DNA of 61,021 bases, filler included, from Circinaria calcarea (Eukaryota), in assembly GCA_051942165.1 (NCBI GenBank). It is 3 parts of 3 records of this genome, joined end to end, with 100 filler letters (N's around TTAATTAATTAA, not from the genome) between each part and the next. Parts side by side here need not be neighbours in the genome. Positions count along the whole stretch, not along the records: positions 40,764 to 61,021 come from JAVECS010000182.1; 2 more parts are not named here. One strand, given 5' to 3'. The translations under genes were made by a program, and so were the position numbers. How positions within the stretch are numbered: the first letter of the stretch is position 1; each line of letters begins with the position of its first letter. Below the pieces are notes generated by a model. That model saw only the letters and a program-made list of their open reading frames with translations, ran no database searches and was not told the DNA's origin. Of this stretch, positions 49,987 to 61,021 are shown in pieces.

Positions 49987-52900
49987 TTAGTTTCCAACTA
50001 GAGACAGCTTCTCAAACTCCTTAACGACTGGCGCTTCCCTCCTTGCCTGTGTCTCTTCAATACTATCCCATAGAACTCCATCTCCGCCTGTCGGTCTCTC
50101 TGTATCTTCCGCACGCGATTTCACATCATCAGTGACCGCTTGCGCTTTCTCCTCGCTCTGAAATACCTCTCCGACGTTCTCCTTGCACAACCGCACGACC
50201 TCGATCATGGCCCCCTCTACAGCTTTGGCTCTCTCCCTCATGCCCCTCCTCATAAGACCCACAATCAATCTCCCAACTTCATCGCCAACGGCATTTACCC
50301 GGTCTATGAGCCGCCCGATGCTGTTGACCAGGTACTCCTCCTCATAGACACTGCCCTTCTTACCCCTTGCCCTCTTCCTCTCCTCTCTCCTTCGGTTCTT
50401 GGACGTCCGCCTCGTGGCATTGGTCCCTACGGTCCCCGTACGATTGGTGTATCGCGTGAACAAGGATCCTCCAGTCGTAGACGCATCGGTGGCCGCCAAG
50501 GAGACATTATCAGGAATATCTGCGCCACCGTTGACGTCTCCGTCATAGAACGCCAGAGGCTCCTCTACTTTCTTGATACGTAATTCGCGAATTCGGGGCA
50601 CTTGAGCGTTGATCTGGGCTTTGCATTCCGCCAGAAGTTCAGTCATGGATGCCATGCCCTCGGCGAGTCCGGCATCAACAACGGGTTCAAGGAGGTCCGA
50701 GCGCTGATGTAGCCCGAGAATTCGAGTGGCGTCGGTGAAGAAGTAGCCCTGGCAGAAGATGCGAGCTGCTGATTCGACGTCCTTGAGGTAGTCCAGATGG
50801 ACCGTCGCTGCCGAATGGTAGTCTTTAAGCTCGACTAGGGAGCCCGCGAGCGTACGGGCCAGAGACTCGAGGGCGGATCTCTCTAGTGGAACCATTGTAG
50901 CTGCCGAGAGCGATTCCTCCCATAGGTGAGCCAATCTATAGGCTTCGTATGCGGAGGCGTAGTTATTCAAATACTCATAAGCTAAATCGGTCAACAGGGG
51001 AATGTTTCTTCGGTGGATATAACTCACCTATGCCCGACTCTTTGTATCGTGATTCCCTAAACAAATAGTCTGCGTAGAGGCCCATGATACCCTCGAACTC
51101 ATCTTCTTCATAGCGGCTGAGTTGAAGAGCGGCTTCGTATAAAGTGTGCTTAACCACGTAAGACTTAAACTCTTCGAACACACTCAAGTTGTAGAGATGT
51201 CCTAATGCTTTAGTGTGCCGCCCTAGATAATCATCAATAGTATAGTGCCTTCGAAGTAAAGGCAACTCCTGTAAGTTTTGAAGGAATGGCAAGTACTCTC
51301 GGGGATCCTAGTCTAAGGTCAAAACTTATGCTTCCATCAGGGACCCGCTGATCGATTAACCTTCTGAGACTGCTGAGCCACTAGCAATGCCAATTCTAAA
51401 TCATAGAGACCGAGGGCATTGTCATACAGTTTGTTCACATCTGCGAGAAAGCAAATATGTTCAACGGCTTTTTCTGCCTTGTCAGGGTAGTTCTCTTCCA
51501 GATGATTAGTATAGGAATCTAGGATATGAGTCAAGGGAATCATACTTTGCAGTTCAGCGACCACCAACAAGCCCGCCTCTAGATCGGGAGGGTGTTTACA
51601 CACATGGGCGGATATGATGTTCTGTAGATTTGTAGACGCCCTAGTCTTTAATACTTCCAGAATGGCATTGCAAATACTATTGACTTTTGATGTATCGCTC
51701 TCTACTCCAAATCTTGGACTATCCTCACGCTGAGCGGGATTGGTACTTATCGATCTCGCCTGCAACGTTTCCTTGTACATGGTCTTAGAGACATCTTCTT
51801 CCCTTGAGTTTTGTCAACGACTGATACCAAGATTGCAGTAGGAGCCATACCGAAGCTGAGAAAGGAAAAGGTCGATATACTCTACCTTTCGAACCTGATC
51901 GACGAAGAGAGATACGTTTACAATAAAGTCCAAGGGAGCGTAGTCGTAGAGTATGTTCATATCTACTCTATGGTTCCGGCATGCGAGGAACGCCTTTTTA
52001 TACCGCTTCTCGTCAATATCTCGACGAATGGCCGCAACAACCAGCGCTCTGGGATATATCGTCTCAAGATTTCCCCTTGGCATCTGTAAAATAAGAGCGG
52101 ATATGCTAGGTATCACTGTTACCAGTCTAGCTCCACGTTCGATGCTCCTACATCTCTCATCGACTTCAGGGGTATCTGGAGGAACTTCAAGTTCTAGATT
52201 GGAGCTTAGCAGATGCCTATTCGTCATATCTAAGCACGACCTACCTGAGACCGTAGCAAGGTGGACAAACTTCAGTAAGTGCTGGGTAGTGGTGAACACG
52301 AGATGCGCAGGAGTCAGTAAGAAAGACGTACAATCCTTGGCTAGACATCGCTCATGTGCGAACAGCGATCCGTTGGAACTTAAGCCAAAGGGAATAATAT
52401 GGTTTCCCGAGGAAGCCGGATCTAAGTCAGGATTAAACAGATCGACTATCTCGATCTTGCATGTAGATTTTGGGAACATAGCTAAAGGTTCTTTTGGTAG
52501 AGAATTTGCAACAGCTTTGGGACTTCTGAGAGCCGAGTCATGGAAGACCTGACCATCGGCAGCAAAGAGGTACGGGTTTGAAGTCATCCCAGCAATACTA
52601 GTGACAATGGTTTGCAAAAGAGGCCTATCGGTCGTTGAACTCATGAACGAGATATTTTCATCTTGGACTCTGTATGTAAGGATTGTAGTTCCATTTGCAC
52701 AAGATTGGAGGACAAGGAGACATTCGTCACCACCCCAAACAATCTGTTGATTGATCAATCCTCTTTTGAATGGTTTGGAGTCTTCATGGCCATGCGTTCT
52801 TTGTAGGCTAACAAGTTGAGGACTTTGGACAGGTTTCTCTTGTAAATTCCAAAAATATAAAGAGATATTTCTGTTTACTAAAATAGCAATCTTCGCGCCT

Positions 52901-54350
52901 ATGCTAGCCTGGTTGGGATTGAGGATGGCAACATCAACGACGCTGGACGTCATGGTCAACTCTTGCAGAGCCATTGGCGGAGGTACATTGGCGATCCGAA
53001 GAGGAGTTAGCTTGAGGTTTTCTAGGCCATATCAGCTTCTCTCATTTCCACAGAACGAAACCAACATACTGCCATCGATCACTGCTACTATACCATAGTC
53101 ATTTGGAGGCGATGGGGCACTTGCAGCAATGTGGAAGATGTTATCAAACTGCTGAAGATTGCCTACTGCGATGTTAACCAAAATGTTCGAAACGTGCTTT
53201 GTAGACCTTGCTTACCATCTGAACCAGTAGTGAATCGTAATGCGTGTTCAGGATGCCACACAAACAATTCTGGTTCGTCATTTGCTTCCCTCAGCGGGAG
53301 ATCTATCTCCTGCTTTAGGTAGTAATGGTAGTTACCCATTGTCCATAATTGCACCCTGTCTTTGAAGCATACAGCTAGCACCGAAGAGTCCACATTCCAT
53401 TTCAGTACGGCCTTGCTGCCCCAGCTTTCCATCTCCTCTTTGCTAAGTCTGAGTCCAAACTGCCCATGGCGTAGGCCGTTTCTCTCGAAAAAGATAACGT
53501 CTATTTGGCTATCTTGACGCTGTATCCCAGCTAAGATGTTACCTGTAGGTCTCCAACTCAGTGAACTTTCCAAGCCATCAACAGGCTCGCTGACGCTATC
53601 CAGAACACCTTCGCGGGTATAAACCCTGATGACCCGGCGCGAACTTGCCTGGAGACTGTTGACTGCAACGTAAGCACCATCTCCTCTCCAGCTAATAGTG
53701 CAGTGCCGATCATCGTGACGACTCAGGAGACCTTCGTCGACCTTTTCTGGCATTGTAGGGTCTCGCAGAGCCTTGGCCCCTTTGCCCTTGAATTGTGTCT
53801 CTGCTTTGCCCCATCCTACAGAGACGTGTTTAGAAGCCTTAAGATCATCAGACGTGAAATTGACATCCATAACGCTTTCGAAATCTCTGGTCATGAAAAG
53901 GAATGTGTCTGCGATCGTACAGATTGCCAGTAGCTCCTCGTCTGGAGACCAAGCAGCTGCGGAGATACCTGCGTCGACAGAACCGACGATTTCAATCTTC
54001 TCCTCTCCATATTGAGGGTTCTCCCGTACAACGACAATATCGCCCCCTCTCAAAACAATACAAATAGTTGATGAATGGGAAAAGTATTTAAGATCCAAAA
54101 CCATATCACAGTCAAGGTCTGGAAGCGGACATGGAGCGTCCCATGAAGTGATATGTTCAAGTTCTGCAGAATTCGATCCCGTAGGTCTATGAGAGGGTTT
54201 CCAGCGCTTCAGCTGTATCAAACTATCGTGCTTGGTAGGACCATAGGCGCAAATTATACTATCACTTCCTACATCCCATGCTGCCGCTGTAAGGAGAAGT
54301 CCATCTGGACTACTGAGTAATGAACGCCGAACGTTCCGTAAGTTACGCAT
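49987..54350 (-). CDS. ELP1: Elongator complex subunit 1, multiple exons
   Basis: MRNLRN, WSPDEE, VSVGWGKAETQF, FFERNGLRHG, NYHYYLKQ, LQMPRGNLETIYPR, basic RRTSKNRRREERKRARGKKGSVYEEEYL. Confidence 0.97.
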
Positions 54351-54681
54351 CCTTGGTCAAGGTGCTTGAGTTACCATACGAGGGAGATAATACTCATTCA
54401 GTTGGGTGAAAAGTGAGAATTGCAACTTTAGCGAGCTTCACAAGACAGGTGAAGCTTAGCCCTGAATCTGTTTTGGCAATAATGTCTAGATAAGGGTCAA
54501 GTCTACGTTACTACACTGATGCCTGTGGTGTTGTAGTTTAAAGTAGATGGATTGGGAACTTGGATGGTGATTGACTGTCATGGGCGATGACCGTTGAAGA
54601 ATATATATATTTCCTCCAGCTCCTGCAATCGAGCCTCCCCGTGGCACATGCAGGCTCCTATCCACCAATTCCCTTCACAGC

Positions 54682-55021
54682 TTATCCATTTTTCTTTGTT
54701 TGCCAGACTATAGGATATTAGTTTCTCTTTTAATTCTGAAAAAAAGAAGCCCAAGCCTACCAGCAATGCCGAAAGGCAGACCAAAACCAACAGCTACCTT
54801 CCATCAGTCTCGTAACCAACATAAACAAGCGTCCGGGGCATACCCATAAATGACCAGTAGCGAAAAGCGAAGTACTTCGTCAGGGGATTAAAGGGTATAT
54901 TGGACCGGGGACCCTCAGGGTAATGGTAAGGACTTGAAAGGTGTGCGCGAGTGGCGTGGAAACCACGACGGGCTACTAGCGATTGAAGGCTGGATGCCTT
55001 CATGGCTGATCGGGAAAGCAT
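54682..55021 (-). CDS. COX7C: Cytochrome c oxidase subunit VIIc (yeast Cox8 homologue), 3 exons
   Basis: Presequence MLSRSAMKASS.., YHYPEGPRSNIPFNP, then spliced AVGFGLPFGIA|VWQTKKNG-stop. Confidence 0.9.
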
Positions 55022-55343
55022 CTGCGTATGTGAGCTCCGTTGAAGAGAGTCGCTAATGGACGTACCTTGACTGCTGGTCGTTTCTGCAGAGGATGACGAT
55101 GCTCGTCCGACCTTCAAGCTCGACCTTCAAGCCAAATCATTCGCTTATAACCCTCGTAAGGCTTAGGCTTCCGATCCCCCAGGTTGGCCCGAATTTTTGG
55201 GAATGCTCACAAAAGTTCTAAGATGGCAGAAGAACTACCTCAATTGCTACTCACCCACCATGAGTTAGGGCTGTTAACTTGATTAGATCCTCATCTTGAG
55301 ACTACCTAGCCACTGGCGTACAAATTTCTCATCTGGGCCCCAA

Positions 55344-56370
55344 ATGGCCGCTCGGCGCACTCTTCGTACTCTTCCCAAGCGACTCACATGCCTCAAGGCC
55401 CTCCCGCGCTCTGCACTCTGCTCACAGATCAGGTTTGAGCACACTACGTCCTCGACCTCTGCAATCGCCTACAAAGCCCTCCACCGCCGTACTTCCCCGC
55501 TCCCAATACCCGATCCCGCTTCCTCATGGTCTGCGCCTGCGGCCGTCTCCTCCATCCTCTACGAGACTCCCCTGCCCTCTACTCTCCCACCCAAACGGCA
55601 TGTCCTCAATTGCCTAGTACAAAATGAGCCTGGTGTACTATCACGGGTTTCTGGGATTCTAGCAGCAAGGGGCTTCAACATCGACAGCTTAGTCGTCTGC
55701 AACACAGAAGTCGAAGATCTCTCGCGCATGACAATTGTGCTCTCAGGACAAGACGGGGTGGTCGAGCAAGCGAGGAGGCAGCTCGAAGACCTCGTACCCG
55801 TCTGGGCTGTCTTGGATTATACCGCTGCTCCGCTCGTCCAGCGCGAGCTTCTCCTAGCAAAAGTCTCCATTCTCGGACCGGAGTATTTTGAGGAACTACT
55901 GGCGCATCACAGGGAGATGACTGCCGCAGATGCATTTCGGATTGAGGAGAGCCAGGAGAGTCGGGAATCCGAGACAGCACAGAAGCCGCAAGACGACTAC
56001 CACCCTAGCCGGCTGGCTGCAAGTGAAGCAATGAGGCATAAACATGAGCATCTCCAGGCGATTACTTACTTAACTCATCAGTTCAACGGGAAGGTATTGG
56101 ACATAAGTACAAACAATTGTATTGTGGAGCTGTGAGTCTATTTGCAAATACCGTGATGGGCTATTGAATGCTAACTAAACTCATTTGGCAAGGTCTGCAA
56201 AACCTTCGAGAATAGATTCATTCATGAAGCTCATATCGCCCTTTGGAATATTGGAGTCGGCGCGGACGGGACTGACGGCGTTACCGAGATCCCCCTTGCA
56301 TGGGACAAAGGAGGATGTAGAAAAAGAAGCCGAAGAATTGGTAGACGCCAGTTCCCTACCTCCGGGCTAA
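55344..56370 (+). CDS. ILV6: Acetolactate synthase regulatory subunit, 2 exons
   Basis: HVLNCLVQNEPGVLSRVSGILAARGFNIDSLVV ACT domain; ends SSLPPG. Confidence 0.96.
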
Positions 56371-56693
56371 AATTGGATTTGGGACTTGTGAATTTAGCGG
56401 GCGTTATCCTACCAGCTTTGCCAACTCAGCGGTGATTATCACCGACAATAGAAATTTTGAGCATGCCCGACATGTGTACAGATGATGGTTTGGTTGCCAT
56501 TGACAGAACCGACCTAGAATCAATCTCAACCAGGCCCTAGGTACTTTTGTGAAATTATGAAGTTGGAAGAAATTAAAACAACAGAACATGAGAAAAGTTA
56601 TCCAGGAAATAGAAATAGAAATAGAAATCCAATACCCAGTTCCTATAGCAATATATCCCAATCATATACACAATTCATATCCATCACTTCCCA

Positions 56694-59629
56694 TTATATC
56701 TTGATATGCGCCCCAATTCCACTCCCCGTAAACCACACTTTCTCCTCCCACTTCCCAACCCTGATCCCAACCGTTGCCTTAGCATCCAGTTTCAGGGACC
56801 CGCCTAGCGCTTGCTTCACAGCCTCATATCCCACACTACCGAGGCTCCAGTCCACGGGGAGTCGAGGCGACGTGCTCGCTCCCGGCCGAACAGCAAATGG
56901 GAGGTCGTAGAGGATCTCGCCGACGGCTTCGGTGTGATTGTAGAAGGCGGTGGCGTCGATGGAGGTGATGAAGATGGTGGTGTGGGGGAGAGGGGAGAGG
57001 AGGGTGAAGGTGGCGGTGGAGGTGATGAGGTGGAACTGTGGGTGGGGGATGGATTAGCAATGGAGTGGAAAGGGGGGTTGTTAGCTCAGTGTTGATACAG
57101 AAATTCCATGGAAAAAAGCATTCACATCAATGACCTAAAAACAAAAACGGGAAATATATCACGGAAATATGGCAGTACCGTTGCATCATCTATAAAGTGC
57201 GGGGAGTTAGGATCTCTCTCATCTTCTCCATCAGGATGGTTCGGGTTTTTTGGTGTCTTGAGCTTTGGTGTTGGAATCTCAATAGCTAGGGATGACAATG
57301 CAGCCCCAAGCCGTGGCTGTGTGGGAATAGTACCACTATGCGTTTTCAGTGTTAGAGTCGTATTGTATCCTTCAACTGTAAGCTTGGATCTCAATAGTAG
57401 TAATCTCTAAACTGACCGGATATGTATTGCGAGAGAAGCTCTCGTCCAACAGCCTTTCCTTTCGAACTGAGAGCTTCCCAAGTTGCTGTCACAACTATAT
57501 CATCATTTCGACCAGGCACAACGTGCACGTTCTTGGCAATCGCCTGACCCAGCAATGTGTCATTGCTCAGAAGATTCATATTCACATATGGCACGGTTGC
57601 TGAGTAGTTCGTAGGATTGGTAACATTGACTTTAGCCTGAACAAGGAGTGAGGATCTAGTTGTCTCCAAGATCTTCAAATCTCCAACTTCAGGGGTAAAG
57701 CTTTCGATACCATTTCCAGAGATCGCTGAGCCGCCCATCAGCACCGAACGCCTATTCTAAGAAGGTCACTAACGCTTTATAGGCACCTTTCCCTTAGCAA
57801 GAATGTCCCGGATTATGAACTTCCCAAGCGCCATTACAGTCTCTACGTCCACCGTAGTTTTAACGTCCAAAACAATACTCTTCCCACCGAAGATCAATGC
57901 CTCTACCACCTTCGTGAACACATCATCATCCGTAACCTCTAAAGGAGCATCTTTGACAACTGATTTTATGACAAGCCCTGCTTGTTGATCGCCGTGGGCC
58001 TCAATCCTTGTAGAGTTCGCGTTTTGCCACTTTCGTAGATCGAGTAATCCGAGTTGCTTACCATGGTAGAATACCGTTGCATTTGCGCGTACTCGAGACA
58101 CATCAATTGGGAAATTCATTTCATTCGGTAGCTTCACCTGAGCTTCCACTATCGCAGATATCTTTGGCTGCGCCTCAGGTGTATTTGGGTCGGCAAAAGG
58201 ATCTGGGAGACCCAGATGAACCCGATTAAGGGATAGATCCTTGATGAGGTTATCGAACGAATGACCCGGAAACGGTAATGGAACCACCACGCTTTTGATA
58301 AGATCCGATATCCACCTGGGTGTATCTGACGAAGGCGATTCGGCACCACGGACAAAAATGGTGGTCTCGCGTCCACTAATGTACTGACCCAATAGTATAT
58401 CCAAAGGAGAATTACCTGAATCTGGACAGACGGTTGTAAAAACATCTGGTAGCTGACGGATTATACCAGTTACATTGACATGAACATCTTCTCTTGGTGA
58501 AATCGCCACCTCGTTTGTGATTGCATTTGCAAGTAAGATGTAAGGCTGCTCTGGAGCGCAATTAGGGACTAAGATATCGAAACTAAGCTGAGGCACGGTG
58601 AAGGTGACAGGATAACCATTGTATAAAACAAGGGACACATCTGCAGCCATGCCCCTATCCGAGTCTGGAAGCTGGACCTCGTGAAAATTTAGTCTCGTGA
58701 TGTTATATGTTGGCATAGCGGGTATGTCTTTGCCTAAGGGAGCAGAAGAGTAAGCTTGTGTACGAATTTACTACTAGTTCTAAGATTATTTGAGGAATGT
58801 CAAAGGACTGACCTTTGAAGAGCATTGTTTCAGAAAAACTCCGAGTGCCGAGATTGAACAGCCCAGACTTCAAGTCTACTTTTGCTTGCCCCTGTACTCT
58901 TAGCTGATCAAGCCTGCCATCGACCCAGTCCTTAGCAACACGCCTGATACCCTCAATATCGCCAGGCTCCAGGTCGGTAATGAAATCGATGTAAGTGGTA
59001 TGGCCGTTTCTAACATCCACCACAATTCGGGGCACGGAAGCAGTACCAAGGAGCACATTTCCGAGTTCTGGTAGGTATACCTCGACGTTCGAAGGCTTGC
59101 TCTCAACAGCCTTGGCAATCCAAGTCCCCGCTCGCCCAAGGTCTCGCACTGGCTTCTTATGTACTCTCGATGCATCCATCGTAAACTCTCCTCGGATTCG
59201 AGCTCTGACGCCTGATGGCGTTATTGAATCGATGGAAAGATCCGTCGGCTCGAAGACCATTGCCTGCTTTGAATACTCTTCAACTACTGCCGGCGCAGCA
59301 AATCCCAAACCTAGAATAGTAATGATGATCAAACCGAGCAGTGATAATGCCACGACGGTAGGCCATCTCCGAGTGGATTTCCCCGTATCTTCATCATCGT
59401 CTTGAATAGACCGGGGAGAGGTGGCACCTGGAGAGGGGGCATCACGGGTGGGAGACGGACTGCCATATTCGCGATCGTTGTTCTCCCGGGATAGTAGTGG
59501 AGTCGACTCTTCCGAGTGTACAGATGTTTGGGAGCGTTTGGATCGGACGGAGGTTTTCGAGTGTTGCGATTTGGGTTGCTCATCTACCTCTTCTCCCCTT
59601 AGGAGGGGCGACCTGGGATTTTCGGACAT
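56694..59629 (-). CDS. Tag1-like type II membrane protein with repeated beta-rich (LEA-2-like) domains, 5 exons
   Basis: Cytosolic N-terminus with ESTPLL, one TM (RWPTVVALSLL..GFAAP), long luminal region, ends VWFTGSGIGAHIKI. Confidence 0.78.
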
Positions 59630-60032
59630 GGTTATGTAGGGCTTTCATCTATGTATGAACACCCAGAACCTCAAGATAGGAATACAGGCGCAGGAAGTAG
59701 AGAACAGGAAACGGTTATAGGTGTAGGTAGCTGGGTAGTCGTGTTAAATGAATAGAAGATTGCCAAGCTGGACAGGGAACAGTTTCAAAGTTCGAATGAC
59801 GACGCTACGATCAACGCCAAGGGCGCTTGCAGCTACCTTGCACAAAAACGGTGCATAAGTGACATAAAGCGGGGGTTCTGCACAAAAGTATTTACGCATA
59901 AGATCAACAGACCTTTCGCCACTGATTCACTTCCGTACATCAGAGGGGTTACGTTTCCATGCTGAGAGGTGTGTGACTGATCGCAAATCATTTCTTGGAT
60001 TTACCGCAAAGTAGCAGCAGATCGGATTGAGG

Positions 60033-61021
60033 ATGCCACCAGTGCGACCCACCTATCAAGCACTTCGATGCCTCAATCGTCGACCGCAGAGAAGTTTCTC
60101 TTCTCCGTCAACACTGCCGTCATCCCCCTTCGCACCTCGACATCTATTATCCATTGCTGATCTTAGTGTATCAGAATTGACCAGCCTTGTTCGCAATGCT
60201 TCTTCTCACAAGCATACCATGAAATCTGGAGCAATACCCAAATCCCTTCTTGGTTCTTTGGCGGGAAAAACGGTTGCTATGACCTTTAGCAAGCGAAGTA
60301 CCAGGACTAGAGTCTCAACAGAAGCCGCGGTCGTCAGTATGGGGGGACACCCGATGTTCCTGGGCAAAGATGATATTCAACTGGGCGTAAACGAATCTCT
60401 ATACGATACGTCTGTGATTATCTCGTCAATGGTCTCCGCGATTGTAGCGAGAGTCGGCCCACATTCTGATGTCGCAGAACTCGCAAAGCACTCCACGGTG
60501 CCAGTCATCAACGCACTTTCCGATGCCTTTCATCCCCTGCAGACAATAGCAGATTTTCTCACTATTTATGAAACATTTCCTTCAACGCCAATTCCTGGAA
60601 GATCGACTACGCCAGGGCTGGGTCTCAAGGGATTAAAAATAGCTTGGGTTGGGGATGCAAACAATGTTTTGTTTGACCTAGCTATTGGTGCGGCAAAGCT
60701 AGGTGTAGACATCGCGGTTGCAACACCTAAGGGATATGAGATTCCTAGTGCTATGAACGAAGTGATTAAACAAGCAGCGGTGGAGAGTAATTCTGGTGCC
60801 CAATTATTCAGGACAAACATACCCGAAGAAGCTATCAAAGACGCCGATATCCTTGTAACAGATACATGGGTGTCAATGGGACAAGAGCAGGAAAAACTAA
60901 AGAGACTTAAGGATTTCACAGGATTTCAGATTACCAGTGAGTTGGCGCGGAGAGGCGGCGCCAAACCTGGATGGAAGTTCATGCATTGCTTACCAAGGCA
61001 CCAAGAGGAAGTTCATGACGA
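60033..61021 (+). CDS. ARG3: Ornithine carbamoyltransferase, mitochondrial precursor, 3' truncated
   Basis: Absent from the ORF track (no stop in window). RHLLSIADL, FSKRSTRTRVS, FHPLQTIAD, WVGDANNV, VTDTWVSMGQE, FMHCLPRHQEEV. Confidence 0.97.
   Translation, partial: MPPVRPTYQALRCLNRRPQRSFSSPSTLPSSPFAPRHLLSIADLSVSELTSLVRNASSHKHTMKSGAIPKSLLGSLAGKTVAMTFSKRSTRTRVSTEAAVVSMGGHPMFLGKDDIQLGVNESLYDTSVIISSMVSAIVARVGPHSDVAELAKHSTVPVINALSDAFHPLQTIADFLTIYETFPSTPIPGRSTTPGLGLKGLKIAWVGDANNVLFDLAIGAAKLGVDIAVATPKGYEIPSAMNEVIKQAAVESNSGAQLFRTNIPEEAIKDADILVTDTWVSMGQEQEKLKRLKDFTGFQITSELARRGGAKPGWKFMHCLPRHQEEVHD

Noticed and set aside
1..61021. tRNA genes, CRISPR arrays, intact transposase, reverse transcriptase or Starship captain
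   Set aside because: None recognised on either strand by eye.

Overview
Intron-containing DNA from a filamentous ascomycete (Pezizomycotina). It is not one locus: three contigs (1-20299, 20400-40663, 40764-61021) are joined by two artificial 100-bp spacers (44 N + TTAATTAATTAA + 44 N), so nothing can be inferred from gene order across them. Contig 1: SDH3, TAF6, CFD1, then an accessory block with an ABCC/MRP transporter, a decayed gene, a dispersed 5S rRNA gene, a small inverted-repeat element, a secreted protein with a probable 7-nt microexon, an ankyrin protein and a truncated DUF6601-like gene. Contig 2: ethanolamine kinase, CLC channel, fructosamine kinase, HAD hydrolase, peroxisomal acyl-CoA dehydrogenase, an alpha/beta-hydrolase-NACHT-WD40 NLR and a UBE2S-like E2. 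Contig 3: a decayed region, then the core genes NDC1, PEP12, CYT2, MVD1, ELP1, COX7C, ILV6, a Tag1-like protein and ARG3. I found no clearly new multi-gene system. The best leads are the inverted-repeat motifs next to 5S that may bracket a captured gene, the enzymatic NLR, an orphan frame broken by a single TAG, and recurrent C-rich to G-rich skew switches. Calls and splice sites were made by eye; no database search was run.
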